64,000 bases of DNA from Takakia lepidozioides (lineage: Eukaryota; Plantae; Bryophyta). This document shows positions 28,981 through 40,967 of this stretch, one piece after another. Both the position numbers and the translations under genes were made by a program. Below the pieces are notes generated by a model. That model worked only from the letters and a program-made list of their open reading frames with translations, had not been told where the DNA came from and ran no database searches. The stretch lies in contig CM060732.1 in NCBI GenBank assembly GCA_030704615.1, positions 55,242,001 through 55,306,000 on the forward strand, written 5' to 3'. Each line of letters starts with the position of its first letter. Position 1 is the first letter of the stretch.

Positions 28981-29649
28981 CCTTTGGGCCTTCCCTTGGA
29001 TGCAATGAAGTTCTTTATTTGAGGCAGTGTACCTCCAGTCCCTGTTACTAGCAAAAATCTCAAAGAACTGATGGTTTTCATCAAATAACTGGCAATTGCT
29101 TAAAGGTCTTTTTTAAAGGGTATTTGATCAATTTTTTCCAAATTAAATACCGCAGTTCCTTACCCTCCTCAGTTTTGAGAACGTCCTATAAGTGGTCAAA
29201 AACCTCTACCTGGAACCTCCGAATCTCTGTTCAAAGAACAAAGAACCTCCCAACACCAGTATGGGACGTATGGACCTGATAGTTGAAGCAAGTACATTGA
29301 ACGTCCATACTTATGACAACAACCAAGAAGAAAACCCTAAACAGATGTATAGTGGGAAGCCCTGAATGAGCGGCTACATAATGGCTTATAACTTAATCTT
29401 GCAGAGACTTGGAGCTGATGCCCATTTACCTGGTAAATCTCAAGTCAGATGACTATACAAAACCTGGAGATCTGTTAGAAGCTATTACCAAAACAGGGCT
29501 TGGTGCAAATGCACAGTATTAGAGTACCCCACACGTGCCGCTATCAGCTTGGAGCCATATGCTTTAGTGGAGATTTCCCTGTTAGAATCTGCCCGTCCTC
29601 ATGGCCCTTATCAATGTCCGTACAATGAATTACTTCTACCTGATGTTCT

Positions 29650-32600
29650 TTAGAGCTGTTCTAGAATAGCCCCAGAATGATTGAAACCACATGAGACATG
29701 GAGAGCGTGCATCCTATCCTCCAATGGTACGCGGGTGGGTTCCAAATAGTCAAATTCATTTCCAAGCCCCTGCCATCCAACGACCATAATGCATCAGGTA
29801 CAATTACCTTGTAGCATCTTTTTTTCTTAATCACCTAAATCTACAAGGAAGAAGAGAGCAAAAGAAAGAAAGAGCTTTTGTACATCCCAGGACAGCCAAG
29901 GTCCATAATGGGACACGAAATGCAAAGCAAACAGAAGAGAGGCAACGAGAGACAGACCAATTGACCTCCTGATGAATGACCATCTGTAGAATAAGTGCCT
30001 TGAGACCCTCCCCAGCCCCATGTAAAAATGCGCCCATCATCTGCAAAAGTGACATATCTAATTCATCAGCCCTATCCCTTGCTCCCCCGCCTGTGCATGC
30101 TCACAGAAGAGAGAGAGAGGGTGTGAGTGAGGGTGAGAGAGGGTATACCCACCCAATCAACAAGAAATCATAATGTAGTAGGATATGTTGTGTGCAGCAA
30201 TGGCAATGTTCTGGATTCAGATGTCTGTAGAGATGGTTGCAGCTAAAAAATCAATTCCAAACTGATTCAGAGAACAAGAACGACATACATTTCCATAAAC
30301 AGGGAGAAGACTCCAGTTGTACTGAGTGCAGTTATAAAAATTATGGACTAATTTCTCATGCAATACCCTTCCACCGACTGTGAGCCAAAGATCACTACAC
30401 AAAGTTTGATCATACAGCTGGATCATAAATTATGTTTTACTGTTAACACACACTCTGGCCAAATTTTTGGAGGAATGGCTGATGTACAATTCCACAGCAC
30501 AAGTATCCTGGCAACGACCTTACTCCAAGAGACATGGTTGCATTCATATCTGATCCCAGGACCTATGACTTGTCTAGTATCCTTTAAAAGAGTATTTCCC
30601 CGAGGTGATTGACTTTCTTGGAGATATTTTATTTTAATATAACTTCTAATAAAGGGCACTTGGTGAAGGGAACATCACCCTTAGCACTCGTGCTGAGGCC
30701 CCAGAAGGCTTATGCAATTTTATGTTGATGAGAGATTGTACTCATAAGACGTTGTTTGCCGTAGCCTTGTGGCCATTGACCCTGCGCCCAGTTTGAGAGG
30801 GAACAAAAGGGACGAGAAAGCTCTTGATGAGAGAGCAAGAAAGCAAGGAGGGAGAGGGAGAGACTGTACTCAATGTTCCCTGTTGGTGATGACGTCCCTT
30901 TAAGGGCTTAGTTTCTGCCGGATATTCTAACCCTCCCAGAGATAGTTGTGGGATTTCAGCTGACCAGGTTTTATGAGACTCAGTCAACACTGCTGTAACC
31001 TACGTCGATTCCCCCACTGTCACCTGTAGCCCTCTACCTTGCAGCACATTGAGAAAACAATTGCTCACCTGTAAGCGCTGCTGTGTGTTTCCATCCACAT
31101 GAAACCTGCCACCCCAGATCAAGGGCGTACATAGCATAAGATCACTTGGTAAGCATGGTGGTGTTTGAATCATTGTTTGGGTTACTTGCTTTCCCCACTG
31201 CCAGAAGTTTTCTGGTTTTGTCATAATTTTGTTGCTTGTGTATGCAGTCTTTCACTTCAAGCAGCCATTTGTTAAGGGTCAGGGAGGCTTCATGACATGG
31301 ATGGAGCTGTCAGAGGCATATGCCAAATGCAAGACAGATTGCCCCAACAGTGACAGATTTGTCATGCCACACGTTCTAGGCAGAAATAATCAAAGAATTG
31401 CAGATCACCTCTGTCAAGGAAACTGCAGCCAAGCTGCCCTCCACTCGAATGGGCAGTAGTGTTGAATTTTGCTGCTCATACCTGCATCCCATATGCCAGA
31501 GATTTAACATAGCATACACAGTTGGGTCATGCAGGAAACATAATATAATCAATGTAACAAATTGTTACCTCTTCATCCATCCCTTGATCAGCCATCATGG
31601 CATTCAACACACACTGTAGGAATCCAAGTAAAATGGAACAGAACATGTGGAGGGTTGACATACCCAAAACCAAGGCAGCCGTATTCATTGGAGCCCCACA
31701 TGTACAGCTCGCCACGCCCTTAGATCACCACACAGAAGAGCACACTGATCCATAGTAAAAGATATCATAAAGAGGAAAGAAGAAAAAAAAACCTATAGTA
31801 CATTCCAATGCATGTGCAAAACCTCTCAAGCCTTTCCCAGCACTAGACCAATGATGAGGACACCAAGAATGTGACTTACGGGTGATAGCGCCCGTGTGGT
31901 AGCCCCCGCAAGAAACCTCCACAACAGCAGGAAGGGCAGGCACTCGAGTTGGCTCCGTAACATCGCTCTCACTGCCTAGACCCTGGCAGACCCTTTCAGT
32001 GTCACTGTTTACTCCGATATTGCCATGCATCATCATTGAGTATGCAAGTATGGATAATAAGTAAAAAGCATGCAAAGTGGAACATACCAGCTGACACTCT
32101 CGCCCTTTCCCAAAGGTAAAAAGGACGCCTTGCTCTGCATATATCCCTCCCACCAATTATAGCCCGCTATCATCTGCCGTTGACCAGTTGGCTACTGCCT
32201 CAAACACACATACTGTTTCGAGATCCAGTAATGTTCAGCATGACTATATCTTGCCTAGATATATCTTCTCCAACTGCCTCCCTTTTTCTGTGTCTTTTTC
32301 CCTCTGCTACTATCTGCTTCCAATTCCACTTTTCCATTGTTGTTATCAATTATTTCCTCATCTCTCTTGGCTAGGATCACTGACAGGTTTGTGTTATAAG
32401 TGGATAGAGATTGGAGAACCAACCATCAAGGCAAGCAGAATGCATGAGCCCTGCAGCAACTTTGTGCACCTGTCATACCATGCCATGTACCAACTTAGTT
32501 GTGACAAACTGTGCAAATGGCTCAGTTCGTCAAACCCCAGAGGTTTTCACACTGGTTGAAAGGCATCTGCTTGTTTGCAATTTAGTGCAGCTATTCTTTA

Positions 32601-35600
32601 TGCTTGATCACCCTCATGTTTCATGTGAGTAAGAGCAATGCTCAAAGGCTCCTATCTGAATGCACCCAACAATTTATCACTGCATCTCAGTTGAAGAAGC
32701 TTGACACCTTCTGCATTCTGGGGTAAATACTTGAATTAAACTGATGCTAGAATTGAGAGCTTTCAGGAAATCTGGAAAGCCAGAACCAACTCCTACTGCT
32801 GAGGTGAGCCACAGCAGCAGCAGTGGTTCCCCTGCTGCTCCTCAACCCTCCCCCATTCTGCTCCATACATACCCAGCATGTGGTGTATGGCATGAGATCT
32901 CTATCTCTCTCTCTCCACCCTGCTTCTCTTCTTCTGCATCTGAGTTCTTCCCTACTATCCGCTCCAACTTTAAAACCCTCATTGGCATTCTACCTCCTGA
33001 AGCAGCTCAGTTACTGTTAATCAACCTGGGCTTATACAAGGTAACTGGTCTAGAAGTATGAGCAAACCTTGACATCTTGGAGGTGCTTAACTATCCTTGG
33101 AGCGTATTCACTGTCCACCCTCACAGTGCCCACCCCCTTGGGTCAACAGGCCTCCATGCAGCAGCTTTTCAGACACGTAGACATCCATCTAACAAACGAC
33201 CCAAGCAGTGACACACATAGATGCCTCATTGGTTTGTAATGGACTGTAAGAAATCCTCAGAAGAGGATAACAACTGCAAACAGAGGCAAGTGAGAAAGGT
33301 GCAGAGACAGTGCACCTGCAAAGATATACCTGGTTTTGCGGAAAACGCGGAACATAGAGGGAGGTTGCAAATGGCCAAGCTGCCCATTCAAGGTGGCTCC
33401 CCAGCTAAGCACATCACCCTCCTCTTGGAAGTAGCACCCCCCACCCACACAAAACACGCCATCCCACATTCCACAGGTTATTTGCATGCCTCTAAAATCT
33501 TAACTACATAAGCCATACACAACTAGATACATGCCCACCAATGTACTGAGAGGGATGTACATTACAATCAGGTACTTTCTCTCTTTCTAGGAAAGAGAGA
33601 AGGAGAGGAAAACCACAAAGAGGTACAGTAGCATAGATGGAGAAGATTGGGCATCCACGGGGGAACAGGGGTTATACCAGACAGGGCCAGCGAGTGCTCA
33701 GAACCACAGGCCAGCATCTTGATGTGAAAATCCTTCAATGCTTCAAGCCGTTGAGCCCTCCACACCTTTGTCTGTGACCCTACCAACCCAATTTATACGG
33801 CATGCTCTAGTAACTTTCTGGTTGTCATCTTGCACAGCTTAAGCAAGCATCAGTTGATTGTACATTATATTAAATTAATATTTCAATCTATGAATTCTCT
33901 GCAATGTGCATACTGGTGATTCTGACACTGAAAGTACATGGGTGGGTATTTTAAATAGAGAACTCGCTATTAGGATTCTCTGAAGAAGAACACAGAACGT
34001 TGATGGATCATCAAACGAATTGCTGCATGTATGGACTGGGATTTCACACAGTACACCCAGCTAGAATCATTCATGTCATAGCTCACTGGTTGAATGAAGC
34101 ACTGCAACATGGACACTGGAAACATGTTGTAGAGTATAACAGGATACTGATTCAGAAGTAAATTGGAAAGAAATGTACGCTTTCCAAGGCCCAGTTGACC
34201 TTGTGAATTTCTTCCCCACACATACACCCCTCCATCCTCTGCAGACACATTCCAAGCCATCATCACTAGAAACCAAATCTAGTGAATCTAGTGAACATAC
34301 AATGAGCATTGAACCAAATCTTCTTTGGAGGACTAAGTTGTTTTTCTATGTGAGGAACCAGGTGCCCCATTAAGAAGCAAGTCTGCGCTGCTGAACTGAA
34401 GGCTGTACAAATATATTGGAATGTATCCAATCCCATCCTTTCTTGATTTGCACTGGACACAAACATACGACATATACAAGCTAGCTAGAGCCAAAAGGAA
34501 GATGCAGGACCAGAAACAGCAGCTGAGTGGTAGTGACCAGCTGCAATGTGCACACATCTATTGTGGTCAGGTAGACCCTCCACCTCCACCAGCTCCTGCA
34601 CAATGGTACAGTAGCCCAACCAACAGGTTGCAGGATGAGAATGCTGCTCCTGGAATGACACAGTGATTCACAAGAGATACATAATATTTCTCGTGCTGAT
34701 AATGTTTGCTGATGAATGGAGGGAGAGGAAGTGATGAACGACGCTTCCATCATACCCAGAAAGGCTTAGTTCCCAAGAGAAAAAAAGAGGGAAGGGACGT
34801 CAGAATGCATCCAGACAATAGGGCAGAGACACATCCGCAATATGGAACAACCGTACCAACATTGCCAACCGGATGCAGCTACACAATTCCAAAAGACTTC
34901 GACAGAGAAGGGCCCTGAAATTACCAAGGAGCGGAGAGTATCTGGCACCCCAAGTTGGCCCCAGTCATTCAGCCCTGCAGCATACACTCGCCCCTCCTCT
35001 GCTTGGCACACCAGCCACGCAGAATTCTGTAAGCATAAGCCCATTCCCCCTCCTTTCCCAGATTTCGTTGTTCCTTCATTCTCTTTCTCTCTATGCGGCT
35101 TGGTTTGGAAGATGGAGGCATATCGTATCAAGCTTCACAGACCAAAATCCTGGATCATAACTTGGCAAAGCAAGACGTGCCCATGGGGAATAGTGATGTG
35201 CCTTGAACTCCCCAACAAGATGACAAAAAGAATCTACTGCACGAATTACATCCAACCAAATGCTTTGGAATTGCTCTGGTCAAGTTGATCCACAACAAGA
35301 CCTGGTGACATGCAATGTGCAAGCTGCACAATTACACACACTAACTACACTATAATTTGCATTATGACTAGGGTTCTGCATGGGATCAGATGGCGGTGAG
35401 ACTGGGGAGGCCATACACCAATCTGAAGTGGCTCACAGTAGCCACAGGATGGAATTACGATGAGGAGCAGATGTGTGGCTCTGCAAAGAATTCCGTCAGT
35501 GAAATAGCACGTCTGGCACATTACCACGTGCAGGCACCGTGATTCAGGCTGTGGTTGAAGGGCGCTTTTGCACGGCGCTGCTCTCTTAGTTAGGTTGCGA

Positions 35601-36140
35601 ATTCTTCCCAGTTCCTACTCAGCTCAAGTTCACAGCCATTACTAGCTACACCCATTAACAAGAGCTCTTCTCCTAGACACGTTTTAAAGCCATGTCCAAT
35701 TTTACCCTTACTTGCGGATTTGGAGTCAATTCAGAAGCAAATTGCCTGAAGTTGCGCCCAACTGAATTAGACATGTGCTCTAGAAGATAACCTGGTGATA
35801 TCAGATAGCATCAATGCCACACAGAGGAGAACTAAAGACGGCCACACGACATGCAGAACAGACCAGTGAGAACGAGGGTGTGGGCGCCTCCGCAAGCGAG
35901 AGCAATGGGCTGCGACTGCTGCAGACCAGTGCACAGGATGGGCGTCCATTGTGACTGGGCCGAGGCCAGCCCAAGGCGGCCATGATCACCGTTTCCCCAA
36001 AGTGCTACCCATCGCTGCCCTCTCTCTGAACGCCCGGTCTCCCCAGTGAGAGTCCGTTTCCAATTCTGACACCATATCTCCCTTGTAAACTCCTTGGCAC
36101 CAGGTGCAGCCTGCACGATTCTTCGACATTGCTTCAGCAT
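29650..36140 (-). CDS. RCC1-repeat protein, RUG1/At5g08710-like, ~15 exons (e.g. 36140-35864, 34998-34925, 34595-34511 ... last exon ~29769-29650)
   Basis: ALWGNGDHGRLG..SQWTP..ACGGAHTL; GLNDWGQLG; AAGHYHSAA; WGRNSQGQLG; CGSEHS; CGGYHT; WGSNEYGCLG; VSCGWKHTAA; TWGWGGSQGT..DGHSSGGQL; VSCGFNHSGAILEQL*. Confidence 0.9.
30730..30810 (-). mobile_element. Extreme 3' fragment of the 46362-47469 LINE family in an RCC1 intron
   Basis: [15 protein letters not shown] + tgagtacaatctctc. Confidence 0.85.
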
Positions 36141-37759
36141 CTCTGTCCCTCTCCTTCTACCTCCCCAAATGTCTGGCCTCCTTCCTTACACGAATTTTCC
36201 GCTCAAATCTCCGCACACAAGACGACAAAAAGCTCTGTTTCCCCTACAGATCTATGCCCGCCCGACCCACCCGAGCACGAATTCCGAGCACAACACCTTC
36301 ATGAATCATCACCCACACATTCCATACGTCAATCATCAGTGCCCAAATCTGCACAGGAATCCGGTAGTTGCAAACATGAAATCAGACTCTGCATCCTCGC
36401 ATCCATTTGCATGGTGTGTCTATTCATCCAGTCTTGAGTGTGTCATTTTCATGACATGGCAATCCATCATTGGTCTATCATTGACCTCGCACTTTTCCTT
36501 TGCCAATGTGATGCAAAGCCCAAAGAGCAGACATGTAATTGCTAACAAGACAGTCTCACCAAATCCTTGCAAACAAAGACCCTACATTTTTTATCTTCAC
36601 TTGATTTTAGCCTGAAAACAATTTTTTTCCTTTAGTTCAACTTCTTCAAGGAGGCCCAGAGTTTTACGCTTTGTACATAGTGACAGCTGAAAGGAAAATC
36701 TGTTCGGTTGAGCTTTTATAATAGTGCATGGCTAGTTCTATCATGAATCCTTTGTCTTTTTCCATGGCCATGTATCTTTTGAGGCAGAAGGCACATCTGC
36801 ATGTCATTGGGAGCCTTTGAAGAGTAGAAGCAACCCTTCTGCCCCTTTGCTCTGATTTATACGCATGAGCCTGTCTCATTCGATATCTAGGCAATTGCGA
36901 ACCTAAGCCAATGGAGAGTACACACTGCCAGACGCCTTGGCTCTGCAGGTTGGCTCTGCAGCTTATCATCGCCAGATGCAGCGGTACACAGATCTGTACA
37001 GTGTGCTGCCTTGATCTAAGAGGGATACTGCAATTGGAGAATTGTCTTTGTATTGTAATTGATCACCGCCCGCAGGCCGACTTTCAATCCGTTCCATGCA
37101 TCTCTCTATCTTCGTAAATCCACACTGTTTAGTTGAGACTGGGGGTCACATGCCCTCGTAGACGTAAGACATTTCTTTGTTTCTTTCTCTGTATCAGTCG
37201 CCCACACACAATTGACCTTCAGGTAGCTTCTCTTCTCCTCTTGAGTTTACAAATATCAGCAAGCTGTGATGTGATGCAGTTAATCAATTAGTACTGATCT
37301 TTAAATATGCACGGATCGGAGGATCACCTCGCATAACTAGCAAGCATCAGGCAAGCATCTAGACATACGAGAGGCCACTGCAAGCGCAACATCGAGCAGC
37401 AATTACCGGTATTCCTTAATATTTCAAAGCACCACACATCATGGCAGCAAACGATCGAAAAAATGGCCTACTCGGAGATTATTCGTAATAAACAACACCG
37501 CATTACAAGAGGTCATGGATGCACGAGAGGTTGACCAGATTGATCCATAACGTTCCTCCATCACCTTTTTCCGGTCCGTTCTATTCCCAGAAATCAATTC
37601 TTAGATGAACTACTACGCACAGGCTCTACATGAATTGAAGACCTCAATAGTATTGGCATTGGCAGCCACGAGTTGCTCGGCTGGCAGTTGCGGTCGACTT
37701 AGGATCAGAGTTAGATCAGGTAGGTGAGATAATGCTTTGGAAGTTTAAGATAGACTCTT

Positions 37760-38300
37760 AGAGAAATGGGAGGCCACTTTGAAACATTTGTTGTTGCATG
37801 TGCTGCTTATACCAAGAAAGAAAATAAAGCTCTTAATCTCATTATTCAAAGTCTCTTTTACAATTAATTCATGAGTCTTCAAAAAGAGAGTAGGCAATGC
37901 GTGGAATCTGTGAGGCTTTGGAACAGCTACATGTTGACAAGGGATGCCTAACAAGCTTTTTCTTACGAGAAAGTTTTTCACTGATTAGAGTCCAAGTGTG
38001 ACAATGGAGCAACATTTCAACAAATTGGGAGCTATGGCAGAAGAGCTAGATGCTATTGAAGCATTGGTGCCATAAGAAGTGAAGGTCATGAATATACCTC
38101 TTATAAGTTATGAGTTTCTTTAAAATGGCTATTAGTTCTTAGTCATTTCTCTAGAGTCATACATATCAGATAAGCTTACGTGGGTTGCTCAAAAGGAGGA
38201 ACCTATGAGGAGAGAGAAAGGAAAGTGTTTACAGTCTAGTCAAGCAGATTTGTTGGCTCATAATAGTAAAAAAAGCCCAATCTCCAAGAAATTGTTACCG
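37760..38300 (+). mobile_element. Degenerate Copia gag (UBN2-type) fragment
   Basis: ALEQLHVDKGM.NKLFLTRKFFT..TMEQHFNKLGAMAEELDAI..VP.EVKVM. Confidence 0.7.
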
Positions 38301-38794
38301 GAGCTATGGTGGTGTGGATTCCACACACAAGCACATACTGAATGTGTCAATGGTTATGCAATGTGTACACAAGATGGCTCACTTTGAGGTTTGGGATTGA
38401 GCTAGGTACGACTGTATCCTTGGTATGCAGTGGTTGGATTCAATTGATGTTGTGGTGGTTTGTAAATCCGGATTGGTTAGTGGTACCTTGCCAAATGGGA
38501 AAGGGTTCAACATTAAGATACTAAAGTTCTTCCTGATGTACACGGTGTCTTGTCATCTATTCAAATGAATAGATGTATATGAAAAAAGGAATGCTCAACT
38601 TTTTGCTGTTGGCGTGCATGAAGTCTTGGGAAACAAGTCAAAGAGAAGAAGAGTCACATCCTAGACTTGACAAATTACCGAATGAGTATGCTGATATGTT
38701 TCATGATGATGAGATCCCTGGGATGCCCCTTGAATGTTGGAAAAACCGCTTGGTGTGGTCTGGCTAGGGATTGAACCTTGTTACCATGCATGAT

Positions 38795-38891
38795 ATGTTA
38801 TAGGGCCCACCCCCGAAAGGGGGAAGTAGCTGAAAGGTGAAGGGGCTCTTAGTTCCGCCGGCTTCGGCCAGAGTCCTCTCTCTCTCTCTCT
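38795..38891 (+). mobile_element. Short RLE-LINE 3'-end copy with (TC)n tail
   Basis: Homologous to 28053-28138; flanked by an ~87-bp direct duplication. Confidence 0.85.
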
Positions 38892-38931
38892 TGATATGTT
38901 TCCTGATGAGATCCCTACGATGCCCCTTGAA

Positions 38932-39263
38932 TGTTGGAAAAACCGCTGGCGTGTGGTCGGGCTAGGGATTGAACCTAGGACCTCCCCCGTTCCACCACTG
39001 AACTACCGGTCCAGTACTGTTCTTAGAGTGCGGAGCTATAGCCTTGACACCTCCAACACTCCCCCAACACTCCCCCTCAAGGCATAGCCCTTGCTAATGC
39101 GCACCGCCACAACCTTGGCTATGACAGCATGTTGGATAAACCGCTGGCATGTGATCAGGCAAGGGACCTCCCCCGTTCCAGTGGGGTGCTCTACCACTGA
39201 GCTACCCGTCCCATTCTGTTCTCAAAGTGCCCTGCAAGGGCTACAGCCGTGTCACCTCCAACA
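38932..39263 (-). mobile_element. TRIM (miniature LTR retrotransposon) with tRNA-like sequence inside its LTRs
   Basis: LTRs 38932-39058 and 39130-39263 (TGTTGG..CCAACA), 5-bp TSD TTGAA, PPT ttgagggggag, degenerate iMet-type PBS, A/B boxes in the LTR. Confidence 0.9.
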
Positions 39264-40967
39264 TTGAATGGCATATTGATCATGCCATTGAATTGGTGGC
39301 GGATGTCATACTAGTTGCAAGGGCACCATACAAACATTCAATATGTGAAGAATTAGAGAAGCAGTTGCATGGGGAGGTATGACACTCGATGTTGTAAGGG
39401 TTGATATGTGAGGGCATTCTGTACTGGCCTGATGTTATTTACTGACTGATCTTTTTCCTGGGAGATGCATTTAAGGTTTCTAGGAGTGAGAGATTGGACA
39501 GGGGGACAATATACTGGCTGCAAGGTTTTCAGGAACTACGACAAGCGGAAGCATTGGTGCAGTAATATGTACCACCTAACTGCACCTTTTATACTGTAAA
39601 ACTTTTAGTTGTCAATTCTGCTGACAAATTTTTTATTCTTTGAGCCGCAGTAAGATTTGTTTGGACCACTAAAGGTCCAAGCCAGTGCATTCTCTTTACT
39701 GAAGACCACTTATGCCATAATATCAGGTGACCTCGCATTTTGGAGCCACCTCCTCTTTGTGAAGTAATCTCCTTCACTATGGTATGCACTGCACCATGCA
39801 CCTCCCACAATTGTACCACAATTGCATTCAATCGCAGTAGCAGTATCATGACAAAAACAGTCTGGTCCACCAGAGATCCACCAGACACTTAACTTTCACA
39901 GCCCATGATAACTTAGTGGAGTGCATATTGTTTCAGTCAAACCCATATGGAAATCTAGAAAGAAAATGCCAGGAGCATCCAGTCAGACAGTAACCCTCAT
40001 ATCTTAAAACTGTGTAAATTTGATCAAAAGAGCCATCCATGCCAACCTGCCTGCATGTAACTTAATAAATAGTGATTACAAGGATACTGAGCAAAGCAAC
40101 TGGGCAGTTATCACCTGACACCCATCTTAGAGATGTGTTTTATGACACTTGCCTGCAGCTACGTCCAGCTTTTCAAATTCGACCCAAGCAGCTTTTATGT
40201 AGCTGTCACTCCACAGTGCCTCGCTGATACTACTGTTCCCTCTAGGGTGATTCAGCACCCACACTCCATCCCTGCCTCCACAACCAAAATGCATGGATGG
40301 CTGCCATTGCTGCAAGCAGCAGCCCATAGCAAACACCCCATCTATGAGACACTGTTCCACGCTGAGTTGTTGGCACACTAAAATATTGTGTGAGAGATAC
40401 AACTTCCTGTTAGCCAGGGCATTGCCTTGTTGAGCTGATTCCCCCTGGATATGGAGCCTCCCAGGTTCCGCACCTCACAGACAGTCATAAGGGATTGAGT
40501 GTAGATTAAGGGGTTAATTTCCCCCCTCCTCTTGTTAAGGGCCTGAATTGTGAGCTGTCACTCCCAGGTTTCTCTAGAAATAAATAAATAAAGGGCTTGC
40601 CTTGAAATCATGTTAGAAGCATTCACCTTATTGCTTGAGTGTGCACCCATGGACTTGGATTTGAAAAGCATTGGTGACGTGCTCCTCCTAATCGGTATTT
40701 TGGCATTTTGGATATTGGCACCTCTCGGCAGCTTCCTTGCGGACCATGACCATTGGGCCCACATTCTTTCCATCGAGGTAGCTCATCCCCTTGTCCATAA
40801 CCTTGTCCACCTGTAGTAGCAGCATATCTTGAGGGTTTGTTCTTACTATCCAGCTGGACCTCACCTCAAGTAAATATGAACCATCTTGCTGTCTTGGTTG
40901 ACACAACACTTTGGCCGAGAACTAATGAGTTTCCACCTCACCTATGAAAGTGGCACACTTTCTTTGC

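Larger units (their letters stand above)
38570..39450 (+). mobile_element. Degenerate Gypsy pol (PR-RT linker) fragment hosting nested insertions
   Basis: EYADMF..EIPGMPLE | WHIDHAIELV..VARAPY..EELEKQL, split by the TRIM. Confidence 0.75.

Noticed and set aside
38950-39210. Functional tRNA gene
   Set aside because: It lies inside LTRs, each copy has deletions and the anticodon arm is irregular
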